Shown in pieces: positions 14,885-29,040 of a stretch of 64,000 nucleotides of DNA (positions are counted from its first letter, which is position 1; each line of letters opens with the position of its first letter). A program made the position numbers and the translations under genes. This DNA is from Octopus vulgaris (lineage: Eukaryota): positions 8,990,001-9,054,000 of the forward strand of contig OX597819.1 in the NCBI GenBank assembly GCA_951406725.2, written 5' to 3'. The notes below the pieces were generated by a model. It ran no database searches. It was not told where the DNA came from and was given only the letters and a program-made list of their open reading frames with translations.

Positions 14885-16264
14885 GTACATATGTGTATGC
14901 ATGCACACGCATACATAAGCTTATAGACACATGTATGTATGTATGTATGTATGTATGTATGTATGTATGTATGTATGTATGTATGTATGTACGTATGTAT
15001 GTATGTACAGGAGGCAATATTTCAAAGCAGCCAAGTAGCCAAGTGCAAAGAATGCAAACGAAGCAACGGTCGTCTTTAATTGTCCTTAGGAGTAGATGAA
15101 ACGTGGCAGTCAGCAAACTGCAGCATTTCCCTGTGATCTAGTGCACGTGGTGGACCCTTTCCAAGTGACATGAACAAACTGACTACGCCCGCTTTCCAGT
15201 TGCGGTCGATATTGATATTATGAGAAGCGATAGCAGAATAAGCAATGGTGATAACATTACAGCCTATTACACGTTCCCTTCGTTGCCAGCCGCCAGTAAT
15301 AGAAGACAGTTGTAGATCAGTCACCTTCATCAGAAAGCGTGTCGAGGTAACTATCGCGGTCATTCAGTACTGAGACAAGCAAACCGTTTTGATCTTTCTT
15401 GCTCTATTGGCTTGAATGTGTAGTATGACTCAGACAGAAAACTGCGACTGGCAATTAGGTGTACCGTGACAGCAGTATGCAGTCAGCAGTAAATCTCGAG
15501 CCGATTTTTATTGGAAATGATCAAAGGACATTTTTTAAAAGCCGAAGATCTGTCATCATTGAGTTGTTCGATCAATCAGTAAAAGTGGAACGACATCCAT
15601 GTGGGAATAATACTGAATAACTGGCATTCTTAATGTTCCTATTTGCTCTTCATGAACCCAGCGAAACGACAACAACAAAAAAAGAGAAAATGAATATATA
15701 AATAAAATATAAATTATTTAAAAAAAAAAGGGCAAGTGATCGAAGTAGATGTACAAGCCAGAACACATAGCCAGTAAATTGTCTAGTGTGATATAGCAAG
15801 GATTCTTTGTAATAATAGAATGTGCAGCATCTAGAACAGACTACAGGAACGAAGATGTGCAAGATAACACTTAAAGAATTTCCGTTTGAAACAAAATAAT
15901 ATAAAAAGAAATAAATAACAAAAATATAGCATTTAGAACAAGAATTTTGATTCCCGAAGAATGTAAATGCTACTCCTGTGTTCTGTATGGTTTAAACCGG
16001 ATTTTTTTTTTTGTTTTTTTTTTTTTGTCTTTTCAAGGAAAAGATAGATAGGGTTAATATAAGCGATGGAATCGACCCACAGTATATTACTGTCACTTCC
16101 AATATTATTCCTACCTACTAAGGTAAATTTTGGTCCCAGAATCAACTGCATTTTGAAGGCTTTCCGTTTGTGTTCTGTCGTTTCCTACAAGAGAACTTGA
16201 TGTTTGCGTGAATATTTGTTTCCCTGACAGTGGCCTTTCTGGAGTTTACAAATTGAAAATACCT

Positions 16265-16485
16265 ATTTCTTCATTACCCACAAGGGGCTAAACATAGAGG
16301 GGACAAACAAGGACAGACATAGGTATTAAGTCGATTACATCGACCCCAGTGCGTAACTGGTACTTAATTTATCGACCCCGAAAGGATGAAAGGCAAAGTC
16401 GACCTGGCGGAATTTGAACTCACAACGTTACGCAGACGAAATACCGCTTAGCATTTCGCCCGGCGTGCTAACGTTTCTGCCAACT
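16265..16485 (-). mobile_element. Nin/Deu-type SINE with 16 bp TSD
   Basis: Reverse complement of 638-857; TSD caaattgaaaatacct at 16249-16264 and 16489-16504. Confidence 0.92.
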
Positions 16486-16967
16486 ATCCAAATTGAAAAT
16501 ACCTTGGATAGTTGTTTGTGGGTTGAACGATACTTTGTGAGAGGAATTTGGTAGGCAGCAAGTAAGGTGGTCTCTGCTACGTCTATCTAATCATCGATAA
16601 TCCTTTTCTACACTAGGCACAAGGCTCCAAATTTTGGGGGAGGAGGCCAGTCGATGAGATCGACCCCAGTACGTAACTGGTACTTAATTTAACGACCCTG
16701 AAAGGATGCAAGGCAAAGTTTGGTGGTGCAATGTTGCTGCCATTTCGCCGATACTCTTGTGAATGTATATATTTATTAGAATCCATGGAATTGCCACGGT
16801 TGGAAAAATAATTACTCTTGTTTCCTTAAACTGCTCCTCTCATCTGCCGTAAATACTTATTGCTTCTTCCATTCATATTTCTTCTTTTGTCTGTTAGTCG
16901 CTTCCAGATTTATTCTAGTAATTCATTCCTCTACTCTTGTTATGTCCGTTCACTATTCACTAAAGCT

Positions 16968-17038
<71 letters not shown>

Positions 17039-17508
17039 GTTTATTTCGTCAATCGTCATATCTCAAAAAAATCGGAAAAATAGAAACAGTTCAATCTTCG
17101 TTGCCTAGCAGACGACCATTACTTGTATTTAGGCGCATGCGTTAAATGACTGATAATTTAAAAATATATTTTCAAATTCAATTTTAAAGAAAGCTATATT
17201 CTTCCCCGTCACCTCTTTACCACTATCACAAGTACAACCGACACTTTTACTAACCCTCTGTCTAACCCCATCCTTTCACAAACATATTGCAACAGGTCTT
17301 AGTATGTCACATATGTGGGCGTGCGTACGATTATATGTTTATGTAGCGTTCTTTATTCTCCTCTCTTTCTTACCGGTACCACTTCTCTCACACCTCTTGC
17401 CTCTCTATCTTTCTTGGACTATTATTTCTTAGACTAATATAACTCCTCTCACTTCAACTGAAAGCGTCTGAAGAGCTTCTCAGTCGTGTGTTGATTATAA
17501 TATTGATA

Positions 17509-18016
17509 TCTATATATATAAAACTCATCTTGTGTGTCTGTGTGTGTATTTGTGTGTGTGTCTGTGTGTTTAACTTCCCGGCACATCTCCTCCTAGCCAA
17601 CAAATCGTAGAACCACCAAAAATGGGTCACTTAAAGTTTAGGCGAATGAAAATTGAACTGCGTTATTCTGTTCCGAAATTCATCTCGCAAGTGCAAAAAT
17701 CGATAACGTGTTTGTTTAGGCCTTATCCCATGCATTGAATAGTGAACTTTACTCAGTCAGCTGTTTGACGTGAACTGTGTTCACTACGCGTGCAAACATG
17801 CGTAAATTGCATGAAAAATAAAAAATCAAGATATAAAAACGAATCGCCGTAAACATTGTAGAAATTCGGCAAAGAAATGAATTTTCGGGATGTAGCCTGG
17901 AGGGTGTTTTCGTATTAATCGTTTGGACTTTGTGAACACATACCAATTGTTTTCATAACATTTTTAACGCTTTGAATTAAATGTGACCATTTTGCAAAGC
18001 CGGGCAATACTGCTAG
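17509..18016 (+). mobile_element. Non-autonomous Helitron (family B)
   Basis: A|TCtatatatataaaa start and gcaaagccgggcaatactgCTAG|T end, the Helitron terminal pattern in an AT target. Confidence 0.75.
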
Positions 18017-18372
18017 TAACAGATAAACGAATAATGGAAATCACTAAATGTATTCCATGCATAATTTGTTACTTTACAGTTTTGAGCTCTAATCATTCAA
18101 GGGTCGACATTACCCATCAATCCAAAAAATAATTTAAGTTGGATGTTGGGATTGATTCAAATGATATATCTTTTCTTCCCAAAACGTAAACGTGTATCTC
18201 ATCATCGGACAGAAAAGCTCGTAACTTAACGGAACTAGAAAAAGAGCGAGGATTTTCGTTCAAATACTTTGTCTACTTTGAAATAAATACCAGTAATATA
18301 CCTTGGATTGGCTCATCTATCTATACTTTCTCTTCTGTAAAACTGATTTTTGAAGAGAAATCAATATGGATT

Positions 18373-18603
18373 GGAAGTACTCCGTCGGTAACGACGATGA
18401 GGGTTCCGGTTGATCCGAATCAACAGGAAGTAAGAGTGAGAGAAAGTTGTACAGCAGGGATCACCACCATCCCCTGCCGGAGCCTCGTGGAGCTTTTATG
18501 TGTTTTCGCTCAATAAACACTTACAACGCCCGGTCTGGGAATCGAAACCACGATCCTATGACTGTAAGTCCGCTGCCCTAACCACTGGGCCATTGCGCCT
18601 CCC
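18373..18603 (-). mobile_element. tRNA-derived SINE, internally deleted, with TSD
   Basis: Both ends match 11393-11777; TSD caatatggatt at 18362-18372 and 18604-18614. Confidence 0.88.
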
Positions 18604-19115
18604 CAATATGGATTACAAAAGATATAACTGAATCAGTTCCATGACAGCTTCGAATGATCAAATCTATGGCCAAAGACTTTCCACATTTGATCATTCCAAA
18701 CTACCAAAGTGTATGATTTGAGATTATTTGGTTGCACTTGTTTATGTTTCTAGCAATCATGTCGAGTGACCAAATAGGTACACCTACGATTTTTTCCCCT
18801 GAAAGAGGTAAAATTTTGATGTGCCAAGTTTTGTGCTGTTTCAATTCACAGCTGCAACCATTTGAATTTTCCAACATTCCAACAGAAATTGAGAAAGGCA
18901 TAAAAGCCAGCACGTGTAACTTCAGCCGATTTGTTTATACCGAAACATGTCTATAGCTGTCCCTTTGCTTAATATTGAAGATAGGTATAAAAAGGAATAA
19001 TTATCAGTGATTGTTATGAAAATCATCTCCTTGCTAATTTGAAAGATGAAAACAATTGTCGCGGGCTTTTCGTTTTCTTTTTCCAAATAAAAGGCTAACT
19101 TCAGTTTTTAAGTAT

Positions 19116-19452
<337 letters not shown>

Positions 19453-19454
19453 TT

Positions 19455-20150
19455 AAATCTGTTCCACGCTACTTTAGTTAGCAAGGACGCTCTCTTGAGG
19501 GTTGGTAATAAATTTCTTCAAATCTCTAGAATCTTTCTCGAGGATTCTTGCAGAATACAGGATACCACTTTTTCTGCAGGCTGACAATGCAGGTTTCAAT
19601 TCCATGATCCTTCAACTTTCTTGGTATTACTTTGGGTGTTGTGCCAAATGCATGTCACTCCGGGAACAATTGTTGCCTTACACTTCCGCAATCTCTTTAT
19701 GTCACTGATAGGTGAAGGCGCGTGGCTTAGTGGTTAGGGGCATTCGGCTCATGATCGTAAGGTCGTGAGTTCGATTCCCGGCGACGCGTTGTGTCCTTGA
19801 GCAAGATACTTTATTTCACGTTGCTCCAGTCCACTCAGCTGGCAAAAATGAGTAGTACCTGTATTTCAAAGGGCCAACCTTGTCACACTCTGTGTCATGC
19901 TGAATCTCCCCGAGAACTACTTTAAGGGTACACGTGTCTGTGGCGTGCTCAGCCACTTGCACGTTAATTCTACGAGCAAGCTGTTCCGTTGATCAGATCA
20001 GCTGGGACCCTCGTCATGTCACTGATATTAGGATTTGATATTTGGTCCTGATATTTCTCATGTTTCTCAATTTCTTTGGTATTCACTCTATCACTTATAT
20101 GGTACTGAAAAGTGTATGGTCTTACATTTCCTTTTGTTTTTCCTTTAATA
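19455..20150 (-). mobile_element. R4/Dong-like RLE LINE 3' remnant split by a SINE
   Basis: Minus-strand pieces HFSVPY..DRVNTKEIEKHEKYQD, AFGTTPK and LQK..ILYSARIL resemble the restriction-like endonuclease C-terminus. Confidence 0.65.
19711..20015 (+). mobile_element. tRNA-derived SINE (second head/body, shared 3' tail) with 12 bp TSD
   Basis: ggcgcgtggcttagtggttag (A box), gagttcgattccc (B box), body gtgtccttgagcaagatact; TSD atgtcactgata at 19699-19710 and 20016-20027. Confidence 0.92.
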
Positions 20151-20624
20151 GTAACAATAGAAAATCAAAAATAGGGGGAGCACGTTTGTGTACCAGAGGC
20201 TGGAGCGTGTCTGTTAGTGATTGAAAACTAATCAGTCTCACGGTCAAGAATATCTTTGTGTCACAGCACCACTGTTCCAGATGTAAGAGTCGTACTCCAT
20301 TTTGAGTTTCAGGAGAGCCTTGTTGAGAGTATCAGCAGCTATTGAGAGCTGATATGTCATCTGTCTACCAAACTGCACCCTTAAGATATATGGAGTAAGA
20401 TATTTACCCTAAGTGCCGCACAAGGTCTGGGAGAGAAATTGATTATATATAATACCTCTATCATCAGATTTATCATGTATCAGCGCCAGGGAAGTTCGAC
20501 TCAAGGGCGACAGCGTCGGCATTTTTTTATTAACCCGGCTTTTTTATTAACCCAGAAGACCAGCAATTGCTTATACAGCAATCTTCCCTCTCCATGAAGG
20601 TGATTTTATCCAACACAAAGGTAA

Positions 20625-21002
20625 TCTTTATATATAAAAGAAAGGTTGTGTGTCTGTCTACTCCGATTTAGATTCCTAACTACTCCCACATTTTGCGGTG
20701 CAGTTTAACCAAAACCGGATATCTTATAGTCGTGATTCATATCAAGTCCTTCTGGGTATTAGCGCGCGTCTACGATGAGGCTACGATTTTAAAAAATTCC
20801 ATTTTAATGCATATTTTTTTAAATACAAGGGAAGTAACTCTCTAAAAATGTCTACGATGAGTCAACGATTTAAAAAAAAATTACTATAATTCTTTTTCCA
20901 TTTTTAATGCATTTTTTGCTATTTTTTGGGGCTATAACTCTCTAAAAATGCTTTATAGTTATTTCCCTTACAAACCCGAGCAACGCCGGGCGATACTGCT
21001 AG
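20625..21002 (+). mobile_element. Non-autonomous Helitron (family A)
   Basis: A|TC start, subterminal hairpin cccgagcaacgccggg, CTAG|T end; copies at 30583 and 42528. Confidence 0.9.
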
Positions 21003-21409
21003 TTATCTATATAGCTTGCTTTTATCGCCGTAAGCAGGCTCAGGGCAACATTTTTAGTCTGACGCCCTGATTTTTTTTTTACGGCTTCTGAAGAATGAAA
21101 ATCAAGGTTTGCTTCAGCGGGATTTGCACTTAAAAACAAATAACGCAAGGCATTGAGTTCGATTCCACCCCCACCCAGTTATTCCATTAATCCACTGTCT
21201 TAAACTTATTAGCCACATCATTATGTAGGTATCAATGTATGTATGCACACACACACACACACATATATACATATATTCATAGACATACATGCATAAATAT
21301 ATATGCATACGTATGTGTATATGTTTGTATGCATATATATACATGCATCTATGAGCATTTATACGTCTATAGATGTATACATGCATCTATGAGCATTTAT
21401 ACGTCTATA

Positions 21410-22580
21410 GATGTATGCATGTAAGTATGCATGCATGTATGTATGTATGTATGTATGTATGTATGTGTATGTATGTATGTATGTGTGTGTGTATGTATGT
21501 ATGAATGTGTGTGTGTATGTATGTATGTAAGTATGCATGTATGTATGTATGTATGTATGTATGTATGTGTGTGTGTGTATGTATGTATGTATGTATGTAT
21601 GTATGTATGTATGTATGTATGCATGCATGTATGTACGTATGCAAGTATGTATGTATGTATGTATGTAAGTATGTAAGTATGCATGCAGGTATGTATGAAT
21701 GTATGTATGTATGTATGTATGTGTGTATGTATGTATGTATGAATGAATGAATGTATGTATGTATGTATGTATGAATGAATGTATGTATGTATGTATGTAT
21801 GTATGTATGAATGTATGTATGTATGTATGTATGTATGTATGTATGTATGTATGAATGAATGTATGTATGTATGTATGTATGTAAGTATGTATGAATGTAT
21901 GTATGTATGTATGTATGTATGTATGTATGTATGTATGTATGTATGTATGTATGTATGTATGAATGAATGTATGTATGTATGTATGTATGTATGTATGTAT
22001 GTATGAATGTATGTATGTATGTATGTATGTATGCATGTATGTATGTATGTAAGTGTGTGTATGTATGTATGTATGTATGCATGCATGCATGTACGTATGT
22101 ATGTATGTATGTATGTATGTATGTATGTATGAATGTATTATGTATGTATGTATGCATGCATGTATGTATGTATGTAAGTATGTATGTATGTATGTATGTA
22201 TGTATGTATGCATGCATGTATGTATGTATGTATGCATGCATGCATGTACGTATGTATGTATGTATGTATGTATGTATGAATGTATTATGTATGTATGTAT
22301 GCATGTATGTATGTATGTATGTATGTATGTGTGTATGTATGTATGTGTGTATGTATGTATGTAAGTATGTATGTATGTATGCATGTATGTATGTATGCAT
22401 GCATGTATGTATGTAAGTATGTATGTATGTATGTATGAATGTATTATGTATGTATGTATGTATGCATTGCATGTATGTATGTATGTATGTATGTATGTAT
22501 GTATGTATGTATGTATGTATGTATGTTTGTATGTATGTATGTGTGTATGTATGTATGTATGTATGTATGTATGCATGTAT
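21410..22580. repeat. ~1.2 kb compound (TATG)n microsatellite
   Basis: tatg with catg/aatg/taag variants. Confidence 0.97.
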
Positions 22581-22870
22581 GTGGGTGGAAGAACAGGAAG
22601 TAGAGGGTAAGATACTTATTGAAAAATATCTTACAAGACAAGAACAGAGATAAATATCAGCGTCCATTTTATCTCCCCCCGCCTCTGTTTCTGCAAACCC
22701 TTTCACTGGCTCCCTATCCGCCACTCTCTTTTTCCACATTTCAACCTGATGCTCACTCATACGTTGTCTCTCCCTCTTACTGTCCCCCTCTCACTTTATT
22801 TCACTCAATCTCTCCTTTCTCTCTATCTATCTACTTAATAGTCTATCAATCTAGCTAAGCTAAGCTATAT

Positions 22871-22953
<83 letters not shown>

Positions 22954-22973
22954 TATACATATACATATATATG

Positions 22974-23022
<49 letters not shown>

Positions 23023-23153
23023 ACATATATATACATACATATATATGTATGTAAGTATACATGCATGTATGGATGCTTGTATGTGTGTATGTATGTATGA
23101 ATGTATGTATGTATGAATGTGTGTATGTATGTATGTATGTATAGATAGATAGC

Positions 23154-23245
<92 letters not shown>

Positions 23246-23505
23246 ACCTTATATAAATGCACACGCCAAATAGATCGATACATCGATGCTTAGAGAGATG
23301 TTTAAGGTTGAATACTAAATAATGTACCTGAGCTATTGTAAACCGGAAATATATATGTGGAATCATATCCTCGATGAAAGACTAACGGAACAAAGGAGAA
23401 AGTATTAAATTAACAATAAAGTCTAGAATAAGCCAAAAGAAAAACATATCTCTAAGATAATTAAAATACGCGCGATATACGTATACACGTACGCATATTA
23501 CACAC

Positions 23506-23536
<31 letters not shown>

Positions 23537-23748
23537 CTGTGTGTGTGTGTGTATACATACATCCATACACATATACATAAATGCTTGTATGTGTGCTTCT
23601 CTGTATGACTGTGCAATAGTTTTCAACCTTACCAACACAATCTTATTGAACATTTAGAGTAATTATCTTAGGACTATCTTTCCTTTTTTTCCCTTATGAT
23701 CTTTTCCCTTAATATTATACTATATATATATATCCGTGTGTGTTTACG

Positions 23749-23779
<31 letters not shown>

Positions 23780-23812
23780 CACCCACACACATTTTATATA
23801 TATATAAATATG

Positions 23813-23909
<97 letters not shown>

Positions 23910-24430
23910 ACGCGTGTATGTGTGCACGTGTGTGTGTGTGTGTGTATAATAGGAAAGGAACAGTTTACTTTCAAACAGGTTATATCAAAAACACGGTAGT
24001 GCACCAGTTTAATCATTTTTATTAAAAATCTTTCATATTTCCTTATTGACCTTTATATTTAGTTTTGGACAATGCTGTTCTTATATCGATATGTTTCCGT
24101 ATCTATTAAATAATATACTTGTATGTTTAAGTTTATCTCTATTTATATCTGTGTACGTCTGGTCGTCCAATTTCTGTATGTGTCTCCTCGGTGTATTATT
24201 TACCTGATTGTCTACCGTTTGTATATTTTTCATTTTTATTCAAACCTTACCTATACACACTCATAGGTATATGTGCATGTGTGCGTATTTATGTGTAGTG
24301 GCGAGGAGTTGGTGTGTGTGTGTCTCTCTCTCTCTATATATATATATATGATCTAAAAAGGGGTATAAAAGGTTAAAAAAACCAAATAAAAAGGGTAAAT
24401 AAACATATATAGATACAGACTATAGATATA

Positions 24431-24843
24431 GGCGCAGAAGTGGCTGTGTGGTAAGTAGCTTGCTAACCAACCACATGGTTCCGAGTTCAGTCCCACTGCG
24501 TGGCACCTTGGGCAAGTGTCTTCTGCTATAGCCCCGGGCCGACCAATGCCTTGTGAGTGGATTTGGTAGACGGAAACTGAAAGAAGCCCGTCGTATATAG
24601 GTATATATATATATGTGTGTGTGTGCGTGTATGTTTGTGTGTCTGTGTTTGTCCCCCTAGCATTGCTTGACAACCGATGCTGGTGTGTTTATGTCCCCGT
24701 TACTTAGCGGTTCGGCAAAAGAGAACCGATAGAATAAGTACTGGGCTTACAAAAGAATAAGTCCCGGGGTCGAGTTGCTCAATTAAAGGCGGTGCTCTAG
24801 CATGGCCGCAGTCAAATGACTGAAACAAGTAAAAGAGTAAAGA
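24431..24843 (+). mobile_element. CORE-type tRNA-derived SINE, full length
   Basis: tRNA-like head, CORE-like accttgggcaagtgtctt, internal (TA)/(TG) tract, gagtaaa-repeat tail. Confidence 0.9.
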
Positions 24844-24886
24844 GAGACTGATAGCTGAATAGACATACATATATGCATGTGTGTAA

Positions 24887-24991
<105 letters not shown>

Positions 24992-25031
24992 AACACACGA
25001 GTTGATATATATGAAAGGAACACACGAGTTG

Positions 25032-26210
25032 ATATATATGAAAAAACAAGTCAAAAATAGAAAATGCTAAAATAATTTTATAGTGAACATTTCAGTACCG
25101 GTTTCGGTCATTTTGAGACCTTTTCAACTGTAACGATTAAATAATTAAATTTAGAAAAATTAGAAGAAAAGTTTTTTTAAAGGGATATTTCTATAGTAGT
25201 GTTCAGATTTAAGTGGCATTCTGCCTTTCTCTGACTCCCTGGTTTGCACTTGTGTGTTGGAGGTCGTTGTGAGTTCTTGGTAGGGTAGTAGAGGAAGAAG
25301 GCTGATGAGGAAAGGGGTGGGAGAATCTGGGAGTGCCCTGATGGTCGTATTTTGAATGGTCAGTGGCGGCTGGCAGTCGCAGTTCAATTCAGGAGAATAT
25401 TTCTATTGAAAGGCTTGTTTATAGAATTTGCGTAGGTGTTATACTAAAAAACATTAGTGACAAAGTTAAGGGGTAGAAGGTGGGGAAGTAGAAGAAGAAG
25501 AAGAAGAAGAAGAAGAAGAAGAAGAAGAAGAAGAAGAAGAAGAAGAAGAAGAAGAAGAAGAAGAAGAAGATGACGATGTTGATGATGATGATGATGAAGA
25601 AGAAGAAGAAGAAGAAGGAGAAGGAGAAGATGACGATGATGGTGATGGTGGTGATGATTATGACGACGATGATGATGATAATGATGATGATGAAGAAGAA
25701 AAGGAAGAAGAAGAAAAAAACAGAGAAGGGAGAATATGAATGGGTTAAAGTAGTGAGGTGTTGTATGATTTGAAGTTGGCATGTTATGGATTATAGCTGT
25801 GATTTTAGCTGTGATTAGTAATGGATTCTTTGGAATGTAATATTTGTGTGTGAATATTTCTTTTATTCTAAAGTTGAGGTATATTAATCGTTTGTCGTAG
25901 ACCCGTTAAGAAGTGGCCTGTATTTTGCAATAAAGAGAATGCACTTGTCAATAAGTGAAGGTGGATAGTTCCTGGTGATAAGGGTATCTTTTAGTTCTTG
26001 TAGTCGTGTGTCTCTGGTGTTTGCGTTAGAGACTATAGTGCATATCCTTTTTGCTAGATTGGAGGGGATATTCATCCTGGTGTGTCTGGGGTGGCATGAA
26101 TTGAATGGAAGATATTGCTTAGAGTCTGTAGGCTTATAGTATATGTCTGTTTCTATTATATTATTAGCTTTCTTAATGAGGATATCGAGGAAGGGGAGTT
26201 GTTGCTGGCT
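25032..26210 (-). mobile_element. Penelope-like element, internally deleted (left arm of palindrome plus spacer)
   Basis: Minus strand: QQQLPFLDILIKKANNIIETDIYYKPTDSKQYLPFNSCHPRHTRMNIPSNLAKRICTIVS..L.TRNYP (PLE RT thumb), then FIAKYRPLLN, a 3' UTR and a hammerhead motif. Confidence 0.92.
25093..25130 (-). ncRNA. Type I hammerhead motif, U3:A8 variant
   Basis: Exact reverse complement of 27250-27287. Confidence 0.72.
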
Positions 26211-27337
26211 ATATCCTCATTAAGAAGGCTAATAATATAATAGAAACAGACATATATTATAAGCCTACAGACTCTAAGCAATATCTTCCATTCAATTCAT
26301 GCCACCCCAGACACACCAGGATGAATATCCCCTTCAATCTAGCAAAAAGGATATGCACTATAGTCTCGAACGCAAACACCAGAGACACACGACTACAAGA
26401 ACTAAAAGATACCCTTATCACCAGGAACTATCCACCTTCACTTATTGACAAGTGCATTCTCTTTATTGCAAAATACAGGCCACTTCTTAACGGGTCTACG
26501 ACAAACGATTAATATACCTCAACTTTAGAATAAAAGAAATATTCACACACAAATATTACATTCCAAAGAATCCATTACTAATCACAGCTAAAATCACAGC
26601 TATAATCCATAACATGCCAACTTCAAATCATACAACACCTCACTACTTTAACCCATTCATATTCTCCCTTCTCTGTTTTTCTTCTTCTTCCTTTTCTTCT
26701 TCATCATCATCATTATCATCATCATCGTCGTCATAATCATCACCACCATCACCATCATCGTCATCTTCTCCTTCTCCTTCTTCTTCTTCTTCTTCATCAT
26801 CATCATCATCAACATCGTCATCTTCTTCTTCTTCTTCTTCTTCTTCTTCTTCTTCTTCTTCTTCTTCTTCTTCTTCTTCTTCTTCTTCTTCTACCCCCAC
26901 CTTCTACCCCTTAACTTTGTCACTAATGTCTTTTAGTATAACACCTACGCAAATTCTATAAACAAGCCTTTCAATAGAAATATTCTCCTGAATTGAACTG
27001 CGACTGCCAGCCGCCACTGACCATTCAAAATACGACCATCAGGGCACTCCCAGATTCTCCCACCCCCTTTCCTCATCAGCCTTCTTCCTCTACTACCCTA
27101 CCAAGAACTCACAACGACCTCCAACACACAAGTGCAAACCAGGAGTCAGAGAAAGGCAGAATGCCACTTAAATCTGAACACTACTATAGAAATATCCCTT
27201 TAAAAAAACTTTTCTTCTAATTTTTCTAAATTTAATTATTTAATCGTTACAGTTGAAAAGGTCTCAAAATGACCGAAACCGGTACTGAAATGTTCACTAT
27301 AAAATTATTTTAGCATTTTCTATTTTTGACTTGTTTT

Positions 27338-27349
<12 letters not shown>
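26211..27349 (+). mobile_element. Penelope-like element, internally deleted (right arm of palindrome)
   Basis: Near-identical inverted copy of 25032-26185; ORF 26321-26512 differs from 25884-26075 by one residue; ends in (TA)n. Confidence 0.92.
27250..27287 (+). ncRNA. Type I hammerhead motif, U3:A8 variant
   Basis: cag-ttgaaaa-ggtc-tcaaaat-gacc-gaaa-ccgg-ta-ctg, with palindromic accggt stem III. Confidence 0.72.
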
Positions 27350-27434
<85 letters not shown>

Positions 27435-27847
27435 TTGGTTGGTCAGTAAAGTGATTGAGGGAAAGAAGAGGAGATAATTATATGCACAAATAGAATTTGT
27501 TTTATAAGAAATAACAAATAACTCTGTATATGTCTGTGAGCTAGCTCGTGTCTGCGTAAGTATATATGCATAAGTATGAATATTTTATATAATTAATTTT
27601 CCTTGAGATGTATATACCCACATATGCGTAGATACACACACATGAATAGCGATATATAAACGTAGACACGTATGTATGCATATGTGTGTGTGCATGTCTT
27701 TGTGTGTGTATGTGTGTGTACGCGTGCGCGCGTGAAGGCGCTTGGTTTCGATTCCTAGACCAGGTGATGCCTTGTGTTCTTGAAGAAGCACTCCAATCCC
27801 CAATGCAACGGTCCACTCAGCTGGCAAAAGTGAGTTATCTTGCGAGT

Positions 27848-28061
27848 GACGCAAACACGCACATGCGCATGCATAGATACATGCATACATATACATTCAT
27901 ACATGTACATATACATACGCAGGTGTACACAGCCATACACATACACACACGCGCACACGCACACACATATATATAAGTATATATGTATGTATATATGTAT
28001 ATATATGCAGGGTATACATACACACGCACACATACACACACACACACACATGATATGTGTG
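27848..28061 (+). repeat. Local ~210 bp duplication, copy 1 (empty site)
   Basis: Matches 29581-29714 plus 29929-30012. Confidence 0.85.
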
Positions 28062-28119
28062 TGCTTGCAAGTATATGCATGTGTTTCTGTTTCTGTGTAA
28101 GTACGTGCGTACGTTTGTG

Positions 28120-28233
28120 CGTATGCATATATGTATGTATGTATGTATGTACGTATGTATGCATGCATGCATGCATGCATGTATGTATGTATGTATGTAT
28201 GTATGTATGTATGCATATATGTATGTATGCATG

Positions 28234-28267
<34 letters not shown>

Positions 28268-28370
28268 TGTATGCATGCATGTATGTATGCATGCATGTAT
28301 GTATGTATGTATGTATGTATGTATGTATGTATGTATGCATGCATGTATGTATGCATGCATGTATATATGC

Positions 28371-28401
<31 letters not shown>

Positions 28402-28449
28402 CATGTATGTATGTATGTATGTATGTATGCATATATGTATGTATGCATG

Positions 28450-28481
<32 letters not shown>

Positions 28482-29040
28482 CATGCATGTATGTATGCAT
28501 GCATGTATATATGTATGTATGTATGTATGTATGCATGTATGTATGCATGTATGTATGTATGTATGTATGTATGTATGTATGCATGCATGCATGTATGTAT
28601 GCATGTATGTATGTATGTATGTATGTATGTATGTATGTATGTATGTATGTATGTATGTATGTATGTATGTATGTATGTATGTATGCATGCATGTATGCAT
28701 TATGTATGTATGTGTATATGTATGTATGTATGTATGCATGCATGTATGTATGCATGCATGCATGCATGTATGTATGTATGTATGTATGTATGCATGCATG
28801 TATGTATGTATGCATGCATGCATGCATGTATGTATGTATGTGTGTATGTATGTATGCATGCATGTATGTATGTATGCATGTATGTATGTATGTATGTATG
28901 TATGTATGTATGTATGCATGTATGTATGTATGCATGCATGCATGTATGTATGTATGTATGTATGTATGTATGTATGTATGTATGTATGTATGTGCGTATG
29001 TATGTATGTGTGTGTATGTATGCATGAATATATGTATGCA
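28120..29040. repeat. Compound (TATG)/(CATG) microsatellite
   Basis: Directly visible. Confidence 0.97.

Noticed and set aside
15076-15363. 95 aa minus-strand ORF in apparently unique sequence
   Set aside because: No recognisable domain or clear splice structure; cannot support as a gene without a homology search.
19716-19785. tRNA-like sequence as a tRNA gene
   Set aside because: It is a SINE head, continuous with body, tail and a 12 bp TSD; the same applies to the other SINE heads.
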